A stretch of DNA of 35,882 nucleotides from a virus. Its lineage: Duplodnaviria > Caudoviricetes. Under the pieces are notes generated by a model. It worked only from the letters and a program-made list of their open reading frames with translations. It was not told the origin of the DNA and did not search any database. The translations under genes were made by a program, and so were the position numbers. The first letter of the stretch is position 1, and every line of letters starts with the position of its first letter. The stretch is from positions 1-35,882 of the IMG/VR virus record IMGVR_UViG_3300027956_000025; one strand, written 5' to 3'. Shown piece after piece: positions 15,804 to 25,200 of the stretch.

Positions 15804-15919
15804 CACTTCATCTTTTTCTTTGCTTTAACCATCTTCGCGCCAGTCTTCTTAGCAGCCTTCTTAGCTGCCGTCATACCAGCCTTATTGTATGGAAACTTCT
15901 TACCACCAACCATTGGCAT
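15803..15919 (-). CDS. small basic protein (38 aa), not in the ORF track
   Basis: Hand translation: MPMVGGKKFPYNKAGMTAAKKAAKKTGAKMVKAKKKMK; GAAAGGTG RBS. Confidence 0.75.
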   Translation of the reverse strand: MPMVGGKKFPYNKAGMTAAKKAAKKTGAKMVKAKKKMK

Positions 15920-15935
15920 AATCATTCACCTTTCA

Positions 15936-16796
15936 TTATCGAGCTACACCAGCACCAACAATACCCTCATTAAGGGTTATAGCGCCACCAGCAGACTGCG
16001 CCTGACCCTGCCTACGAGTAGTCAAACGACCCTCCAACTGACGCTGAGACTCAACATCCCCCAAAGCCCCAGCTTTAAACGCCGAATCGTCACCAATCGT
16101 TTCAGCCTCACCCATCTGCGCATCTTGCAAAGGTCGAAGCTGCGCAACATTTGCAATGTCAGCTTCAATCTGCGCAGGAGATCTCCCCAAAGTTGCATAC
16201 TCATTAGCCTGAGAACGCACCAATTCAAAACCTTGACGTCGAGCAAAACCGCCAGCCACAGCAGCACGCGTAGCTTTTTGTAAACTAGCCAAGGTTTTTT
16301 CAGGATCAAGAACAGCAGCAACCAAAGCACTATCAGACGAATCATCAAAGTATTCGCCAAACAATTCCCGAACCTCACGAGGCATAGTGTTAATAACAGA
16401 ATACGACTCGTCAATTCGTTCTTTAACCTGTTCAACAGAAAGATTGTTTCGCATAGCATCTTGAGCATCCTGAGGCGAATCATAAAACCAAGCAGGCACA
16501 CCAGACTTTGACATAACCGAACGATACTGCTGTTCATATTCCAAAACATTTTGAACAGTAGGAACAGTCACACTTTCACCACGGTTAGAACGTTCTCTCA
16601 AATCAAAAATAACTTTAAAGCGATCACGAAACTCAGGCGTTTGCTCAAGGGCAACCAAAAGACGTTCTTCTGTTTCGACGCCACTTTTAATTTGATCCCA
16701 AAGCCAACCACCCGGATTCCCATTTGAATCAATAGAAAATAGAGAGCCAAGTCCAGCTTCTGTCAATGTTTGAGCCAGCATTGCGAACGCATCCAT
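15936..16796 (-). CDS. putative internal virion / ejection protein (286 aa)
   Basis: Helical; coupled to the upstream gene (TGATG); lies in the virion block. Confidence 0.55.
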   Translation of the reverse strand: MDAFAMLAQTLTEAGLGSLFSIDSNGNPGGWLWDQIKSGVETEERLLVALEQTPEFRDRFKVIFDLRERSNRGESVTVPTVQNVLEYEQQYRSVMSKSGVPAWFYDSPQDAQDAMRNNLSVEQVKERIDESYSVINTMPREVRELFGEYFDDSSDSALVAAVLDPEKTLASLQKATRAAVAGGFARRQGFELVRSQANEYATLGRSPAQIEADIANVAQLRPLQDAQMGEAETIGDDSAFKAGALGDVESQRQLEGRLTTRRQGQAQSAGGAITLNEGIVGAGVAR

Positions 16797-17818
16797 CAGA
16801 AAGCGCTCCTTCCAAACAGCCGGGCCAAAGCTGTTGACATACTCGCTGCAACCTCTTTAGCGTTATTAGTATTTTTCCAACGATCATCCGAACGTACGTT
16901 AAGAATCATTTCAGACTGATCAGCTAGTTTACGTTGACCGTCAGGCCCTTGAACCGTCATAAGGTTAAGCGTTTTTGAATCCATGAGATCGAAAGAAATT
17001 GGATCTATCTCAAGATTTTGAGCGATGAAGTCACGGTTAGCAGACAAAACATCAACCGGGTTAAGACCTCGATCAATATAGTTAGCTAACCAAGGGTTAG
17101 CAATTTTTGCTGCTTCTCGAATATTCTGCAGAGCTGTTTCTTCAGTCATTTCACCACGAGTAACTTTTGCGGCCCAATCACGTGCGCTTTCATCAGACAA
17201 ATTCACTAGGTACTGCTTGCCCGCAGTCTTAAATTTTTCAAAATCTGTTTTAAGTGTCCCAGAATTCAGCTTGTACCAATTTACATTTGCTGTAAGATGA
17301 TCAACAATTTGTTCGGCTCCCCAACTCTGTGCTTGAGCAGTAGTCGCAATAGCCCCGATTTCTTCAGGGCTAAAACCGATACCCAGCTGGCCTGCCATGT
17401 CGTTAATAATTGCAGTCAAAGATTTAATCTGGTTTGTTTTTGAAACCCCGCCCCCACCGCCACCAGAAGCTCCAGTTAAAGAAGCAACTTTTGCAGGGTC
17501 AATTCCAAACCGAACGCCAATTTGAGCTGCTTGGTCAATTGTTATGGCCGAATTAGGCGGCATTTTTGATTGTGCTTGCGCTAAAGCAAGAATAAAATCA
17601 GTTGATGTAATACCATTCCGCAAATATCTGGGTTTATAAAATTCATACCAGTAAGCCTGATATGGGGTAGCGGAAGCAGTTTTCCCATTACCAAGATTAA
17701 TAATTACTGCGGGTTCAATCTTTCCAAAATTGGGGCCATAAGTCGATGCGGTTTCTCCAAGACGCGATCCAGCTCGACGTTCTTCAATATCTTTTGGTTG
17801 TACTTTTGAAGTAGCCAT
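16796..17818 (-). CDS. putative internal virion / ejection protein (340 aa)
   Basis: Helical, with a poly-Gly linker and C-terminal RSDDRWKNTNNAKE. Confidence 0.55.
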   Translation of the reverse strand: MATSKVQPKDIEERRAGSRLGETASTYGPNFGKIEPAVIINLGNGKTASATPYQAYWYEFYKPRYLRNGITSTDFILALAQAQSKMPPNSAITIDQAAQIGVRFGIDPAKVASLTGASGGGGGGVSKTNQIKSLTAIINDMAGQLGIGFSPEEIGAIATTAQAQSWGAEQIVDHLTANVNWYKLNSGTLKTDFEKFKTAGKQYLVNLSDESARDWAAKVTRGEMTEETALQNIREAAKIANPWLANYIDRGLNPVDVLSANRDFIAQNLEIDPISFDLMDSKTLNLMTVQGPDGQRKLADQSEMILNVRSDDRWKNTNNAKEVAASMSTALARLFGRSAF

Positions 17819-17819
17819 A

Positions 17820-19226
17820 TCAGAATCCCATCACCTGCTTGTAATAATCTTCTGCAACACGTTGTGTACTCATCTGTAGTTCAACTTGATTTTGCTGCTC
17901 AATAAAACGATTAATGCGAGCTTCAAAGTCATAGGTAACTGGATCCGACGCCGACAAACCTGAGGTATAAGCTTTCTTTTCCCAATCTTTAATCGCACTG
18001 GTAACGGAACGAACTTCATCCGTTGTAAGTTGACGGCCCAACACAGAGCCTGCAGCTTGTTGGACTACAGCCTCGACAGCAACAGGATCTTGCTGGCTTT
18101 GAAAAAGATCTCCGGTACGAATCATTTGACGCTCCGAAACCTTTTTAAGAAACTGATTTTTAGGTGACTCGCCACTACGAGCAGCATCAGTCAAAAAGAG
18201 ATTCCATGCAATAACAGTTGTTTCATCAACAATCCCACGGATTGGCCTGGTGTCCATGTAATAACCAGCTTTAACCATCATGTCTTGAAGTTCTTCAATC
18301 TTTTTGGTTTCGCCTTTTTCTCGGAGATTGTAAATCAATTTTGTTGCTTCAGTTGCAGTCCACGATCTTGCTTTGCCCTCATTATCTTTGACTGTAAAAC
18401 TGCCATTAGGATCAAGAATCCCAGCCATATTGAAACCTTCAGAAAAAACTAAGCCGTCTTTTTCAAGACCAGCAAGATCTAAAACTGAAGATTCAGGATT
18501 AATCTGCAACCACTCATCCATATCAACAAGGTCCCCACCCTGCCCAGTTTGAGTCGAAGGTCGAAACGATTCAGGACTTAAACCGTTTTCAACTGCAATA
18601 CGCTCAAACTCAGAAAGTTGAGCCGCACCAGCTTCATCAACAGCACCACCCTGGCCTCCAATTGAACTTCTTCCGCGAAAAGCTGGGGCTTCATCAGAAG
18701 CGTTAACCAAATCGTTGGCAAGTTTTCGCCGCTCATCTTCACTCATTCCCAAAAGACGCTGTTCATTTTCGGGGGTAGTCATAATATCAAGTTGCTGATT
18801 CACATAATAATCTCTTAATTTTGTTGATAGCGAAGAACCAACCTTTGCTGCATCAAATTTATCTTTTTGATTTTCCGAGGATGAAAAAGAACTAACAGCT
18901 TCACCAATCAAAGGCAAAAGATTCATATAAGAAAACGCAAGAGTTTCGTTTCCGTTGGCATCTAATTTAATAACGCGAAAACTTTCAGGAAGAGTTTCAA
19001 TTATTCCTCGAAGAAAAGAACGCTCATTGTTAGATAAAGACAAATCTGCAAATTTTTCAAATGACGAGACAACTTCATGCGAAGATTTTTGTTTGCCCTG
19101 AAGATCAAGATTAAACCAATTAGCAAACTTGGAATACCGACCAGAATCAACTTTAGTTTTTCTGCCAAGCGAAAGATACCTAGAAGAATATTTAGCATCT
19201 TTTGTAATAGGTATAATAGGAATCAT
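17820..19226 (-). CDS. putative internal virion protein (468 aa) with a peptidoglycan-binding-like segment
   Basis: IEELQDMMVKAGYY...GIVDETTVIAW; lies in the virion block. Confidence 0.55.
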   Translation of the reverse strand: MIPIIPITKDAKYSSRYLSLGRKTKVDSGRYSKFANWFNLDLQGKQKSSHEVVSSFEKFADLSLSNNERSFLRGIIETLPESFRVIKLDANGNETLAFSYMNLLPLIGEAVSSFSSSENQKDKFDAAKVGSSLSTKLRDYYVNQQLDIMTTPENEQRLLGMSEDERRKLANDLVNASDEAPAFRGRSSIGGQGGAVDEAGAAQLSEFERIAVENGLSPESFRPSTQTGQGGDLVDMDEWLQINPESSVLDLAGLEKDGLVFSEGFNMAGILDPNGSFTVKDNEGKARSWTATEATKLIYNLREKGETKKIEELQDMMVKAGYYMDTRPIRGIVDETTVIAWNLFLTDAARSGESPKNQFLKKVSERQMIRTGDLFQSQQDPVAVEAVVQQAAGSVLGRQLTTDEVRSVTSAIKDWEKKAYTSGLSASDPVTYDFEARINRFIEQQNQVELQMSTQRVAEDYYKQVMGF

Positions 19227-19227
19227 G

Positions 19228-22200
19228 TCAATCCAATCCTGACTCTGGGCGAAGAACCGTCAACCAAAACGAATTCACTTGTGGGTTATTAGCAGTGAAC
19301 TGAGTAACCCATTTATCAAATTCTGCTTTCAAAGACTCAACCTGTCCTCGTGCATAAGCCGTTTTATTCAAACCAAGACGAGAACGCTCAGCCATAAATA
19401 CGTCAAAAGAATCCATTAACGTTTTCATCGAGCCGAAATGAGAAGCTCGAGGAGCATCTGGATCGTTCAACAGATAACGCATTTCTTCAATAACGTTTTG
19501 CCTACGCTCTCTTGAATCGCTGTTAACCAAAACGTCAGCAAAAATAGGATGAGTAGATTTCCAAACCTGAGCAAACATGTCCCACGTTTCTCGCAAACGC
19601 TTCATAGAAGCAGACTGCTTCTGCTGTTTGAGCTTTGCATATTCATCCAAATATGCTTTACGAGCAGAGAAATAAACCGTTGAACCTTCACGGAATTTCA
19701 ACTCACGCAAAAACTCTTCAGGAGTTTTTCTAATTCGCAAACCGTCAATCATTGCTGCGTCATATGCGTATTGTGATCGTTCGCTTTCTTTAGATCTATC
19801 CTGCGGCAAAAGCCAAGGGCCAGCAAGACTATATTGATCGAAAACCATTTTGTTATTTTCGTAAAACATAATGCCGTCTTCGCTCATTGGCAAAGGTGCA
19901 CCAGAAGGAGTTTCAGTTTTTGAAACCGTATAAGCAATCGGTTCCAAAACGTTACCGATTGTGTTATCGGGGAACCGAGCAAGATACATTTGCGTACCTT
20001 CCTCAATACCAAGATTTTGAATCATTTCAAAATATGTTGCAGACAAAATCTCCGCTGGGTTTTCAATTGCACCTTCCGTCAACCAACTCAACGACGACTG
20101 ATCTTCCGAAAGCTGTAAAGACTGAGCAGGTCCAGGGGTAAACCAACCAGCAATAGCTTGAGAAAGAACAATAACTCGAGCATGATTTCTTACCCGGCGA
20201 AGGTAATCATCAACCTGAGATGACGTTGCATCTTCTGGCAAACCATTGCCTTCGGCCTCAAGATGAGCCATTGCCGCCATCTGCGCCGATTGAACACGCT
20301 CGTTACCTGTTGATTCGTAAGGTTGAGTAAATTCATAAATTGCACGGAATGTGTTCGACACCTGCGCCGGAACAAAAATATTCCAAATGTCTTGATTAAC
20401 GGATATATCCCCAAAAACATTTCTTTGGAAATTACGAATCGAACTTGATTCGGGGAACAAATAAGTTGCAAACTCAACAGGCAAAGCCACCAAAGGTGAC
20501 AGACCTGGAGCACCAAATTGTGGGTTGAAACCAGGGATCATCCTGTCTGTTGGTGTTTGCAGGAGAGCAGAAATTGGAAGAAGTTCTAGCCCTGGAATTT
20601 TTGATAATGACTCAGCTAAAAGTTCTGAGCCTGGATAAACAAAATACGAATTACCGTTTGGATCATCTCGCACAACACCCATTGTTCGTAAACCTTGGGC
20701 AGTGAGCTGCAGTTTTCGTGCTCGAGCTAGAGTTCCTGTTGGTCCTTCGAGCGTCATGATACGCGCCCAACGTTTCAAAAAGTTTTCTTCTGCGTACCAG
20801 AACGGCAAGTAACCGCGAGCCCAGTCAGCAAATTGACTACGTACTTCAGCCGTATCAATAAACGGCATAATGTCTCGAATAGCATATTCTGCTGCGTATT
20901 CGTTGGCCTGCTCAAAAGCTTTGTTACGGAGACGCGCACCACGACGCAAAATCTCCCAATCTTCTGGAGTTAATGCTTCAAAAACACGGTAGGTCTGATT
21001 GTCAATTGCAAAAATTTTGCCTTCTTCAACCAGCTTCATTGTGTAATTCAAATTGTTAACAAACTCTTCCGAGCCAACTTGAATCTCTCCGGTAATGGAA
21101 CGGCTATTAATTTCGCTGTAATGCTTTTTCGAATTCTGAAGTTTCTTATAAAGTTCTTTGTTCGAAATAAAACCACCAGAAACAGCAGAGCCTTCACCAA
21201 AGTAACCGTCAATTCTGTCAATGAAACGCCAAGCTGTAGCTTCATCACTCAACGTCATTTTGGTAATAAACTCACTATTACTGTCAACAAACGAAAGCAA
21301 AGCTTTTACTTCAGAAGGTTTCTTATTCAAACGACCGGCAGCTAGCGCTGTTTCGCCAGCCTTATAAAGCCCACTAAATTCTTCGGGGGTAAGACTTCTC
21401 AAATAGGCAATTGCTTGTTCCGCTGACCAATACTGCTCCTCAGAAATATTATGAATGCGGGCCACAAGTCGTCCTGCTTCTTCATAACGATCAAGCTGTT
21501 CTGGAGCTGCACGGAAAGTATCGTTTTCTAAAAGCTTACGAGCAACACCATTAACTTCTTGCTCTTCAGCAGAACCTCTAAACAACCACTGGACCGAAGC
21601 CATGTTTCGCTGATGAGCATTAACGTAAGCGTGGAATGCCATTGGCCGTCTAGCGACAGCATCAAGCATTGGGCTCAAAACTCTGTCGAATCCGAATTGA
21701 ACTACTTTGTCCCATGCATTCATTTGGAGAGGTTCATACATTTGGCCCACTGCATAATCAGGAAGCATGTCCGCAGGTGTGTCAATAACATCCTGCACCT
21801 TTGCAGCACGCATACGAATAACATCTGTAGGAATGTCAAAGGTTGTTCCAGGAGATCCAAACTCTGACAAAGCTTTTGAAACCCGTACAGTCTGCCAATT
21901 TTTTACAGCACGTACAGGACGACCGCCCATCTCTTCTGCCAAATCAATAAGAGTTGGAGCAAGAATTTTCCACATAATATTTGTGTTGCCTGTGTACGTG
22001 ACATCTTCCGTTTTAAAGTAACTTTCGTTTAAAGTGCCAATACGCTTTTTAAGATCAGGATCGGCAAACAATTCTGTTTGAGCATCAACATATGTTCCAG
22101 GTCCAAGTTTTTCTGGACGTCCGTTAATACGAATATAAACATTTGCATCATCGCGAACAACATGACGAACTCGTCTGCCGCCTCGAATATTCTGTTCTAT

Positions 22201-25200
22201 ATCCATGACCAAAGAATCAACAAGGTCTTGAGGATAAGTGGAAGCAATTGCTTCATCCAAATATGTCTCTGGTGTCGGATAAATATTTGGATCCCACGAC
22301 ACAGACGAAAGAGGTATAACACCAGTACCTTCAGGATTATCCATCCAAAATGTAGATGTTCTGTTAGCAAGTTCAGGATATGTTGAGCTGAACTGCCCTT
22401 CCGCTACCGGCAAATACACTTTACGGCGGGCAACTGGTCCAAGATCAAAATATTTTTTGTGGATATTTGTAATCACATCCTGCAAAATTTGAGCTGCATT
22501 TGGATTACTAACAATAAACGGCTGCCCATTTCTTACTGAATTAATAAAGTTTTGAGTAAAGGTAAAAAGGTCTGCGCGTTGCGATTCTGTTAATGGCTGG
22601 TTTGCCATTCGATTAGCAAGAAAAGAAATGTTTGGTTGAAAATCATCATAAAGCAAACCAACATCAACAAGCATTTCTGGAGTAATTAAACCCTCAGTTG
22701 CCGGTGAAGGTTTAATAAGCCAAAACTGCTGACCGGGCGCAGCAGGAACATTCCTCAAGCTTTGTTGAAGAATTGATTCATACCGTCCTTCGCTAATTTC
22801 AACAGCCAGGTTTTGCTTACCGGCATACATTGCTTCATCCAAGCTTGTGTAAAAACCTCCAATAGTAAATGGAGCATCTTCAACAATGCGCTCGTAATCA
22901 AGTTCGACAGGAAGGAAACCTTCAGGACTTGCCGTATCTCGGAACGGTTCTTCATTCAAAAGTTTGTCTGGTGATGCAGGTCTTCCAAACCGCCAATCAC
23001 TAAGGATGTCACCCAGATCGCGAGCCTCGGCCCCAAAGCCTGAAAAGTGAGCGCCTCGGGTGGAAGCATCCAAAAAGAAATTAGCGGATAGCCAACGTCT
23101 TGCAACTAAACGTCCAGATTCGTCAGCAATAGTTTCAAGAAAATCATCAACTGTTTTAGCAAATCTTCCAAATGTATTTATTTTTTCAAGATCTCCAACA
23201 GCAATTGTTAGCTCGTAGATCTGTTCGCTTAGACTTTCAAGATCTTCGAAATCAAGTTCGTTTTTATTTGCTTTTCGGAAAAGCGCTTTTTGTTCAGCTT
23301 TCAATTTGTTTAAATTGTTTTTTGTTATTTTTAATTTAGCTGACGTCAAGTTAGAGAACTCTGTAACTGTTGGCATTGCTTGACCTTGGAAACTATCAAC
23401 AAGATCTTTGCGGAAATAATCAACAATTCGCGATGTTCCATCATCATCAAATCGCATACCTCCCAGACCGATAGATCCTTCAACGAATGCGTTATAACGT
23501 TTGTAATCGGAAGGATCACTCAACAGAAGCAAAATCAAATGGTTAACTTCTTCTGTGCCTTCACTCATTGCACGTCGTTCTGTTTGTGACCAAGCAGAAA
23601 TTAAGTCTCTTAGTGTGTCTGGTGGAATTAAGGCTTGCATTTCTTCGTCGTAAACTTTTGCCACTTCAAGCAAAACTCGAGACTGCAAAGAATCATCAGT
23701 TAATCTGACAACATTTTTATGAATTGACTCATGGTAATCATCTACAGAAATATCACGTGTTCCTGGTGCAATGTGCGTACGCTCACCTTGCATCTTCAGC
23801 CACATTGTTTGCTTCACACCTTCAGCTGTTTCATATGAACGCTGAACAATTTGTTGTGAACCATCTTCAATAGTCCAAGGCAAGGCACTCGTAGCTCCAA
23901 CACGTTGCATAATCGAACTCGCATTGCGTGCAACAAAACTTTCGGCAGAACGAACAAGCGTCGGATCAACTCCACCAAATAACAAACGTCTTGTCGAATA
24001 CTCTGAACCGAAAGCAAGAAGATCCAAATTCAAAAAGAAATTTGTTTTTGCTCTATTTGTAGCCCCTGTTATATCGGAAGTTCTAGAAGCAATCTCTTGT
24101 AAACGACCAGATGTTTTACCAAGAATTGCTTTGCTAGGAAAAACAAATCCGGTTTTAATATGCTCACGCAACCATTTGCCGTAATCTTCAAACATGGTAA
24201 ACGTCGGGCTACCCGAAGCTCCAAAGCGATCTACAATTCGCGCAACGGGACGCATGTGAGCAGGAATAAGACTATTCCGTTTTAAAACAATACGTTCTGC
24301 CGGATCAATTACATTGTCGATACGACCACGAATTGGTCTATTGAGTGGAACACCATAAAGTTTTCCGTCAATAATTTTTCCTGGCGTAATTTGTGCAAGA
24401 GCAGTTTTGTAGACGTTTTCGTCTGCTACAGATCGTGCCGCAAACTCTTGTGTGAAATGACCAAATCCTGCTCGAGTCACAAAAGCAAGCAAATCTTCAG
24501 ATGCGTTCCGTACAAAAAATCCAAAACGTAGAAGTACGGCTGGTTTCCAAAATTTGTTTTGGAATGCTTCAACGGCGATATTGTCGGACACGCCAGTTAA
24601 AACTCTAAGAAGAGTTCCTTGTTTTACTGCTTGACGCATCATCTTCAAATCTGGAATCTGCATCATGATTGCACCATCAGCATCTGGCTTGACAGCAACA
24701 GGGATATCCTGCAACGTTCTTCCACCAGAAACAGGAAGATCAATACGCCCGTTAGGGCCGATTCCGTATTCTTGACGAACGTGATTTACAAAGTTGTCAA
24801 TAAGATCCGATCCACTTTTTGTTGCGCGCATTCCAGTTGCGGTAGCAGCACTATCAACTAACGAAGTAAGGAGATGAATGCGGGTTGAAATTTCGGGGGA
24901 TTGCCAAATTGCTTGTTTCCAAATTTCACGAACGTAAGTTGGCATACCAACAGTTTGAAATAAATCAATAAAAGCATTAATGTCACTGACTGATTCGCCC
25001 TGGTCAGCTTGGAGCATAATGATTGAACCGCGTGGGCTCAAAGTTGCCATGTTGTTATAAAGAGATCCAACTGTTTTTACAAATGGCAATCGAGAATACT
25101 GTCGGCCTGCTTCATAAGCACGAGGGTCTACACCTGAAAGCGATTTAACAAGACTGCTTAAGGTTTCAGGTGCGTCCTTAGCTTTTAATAGATTGGCTAA

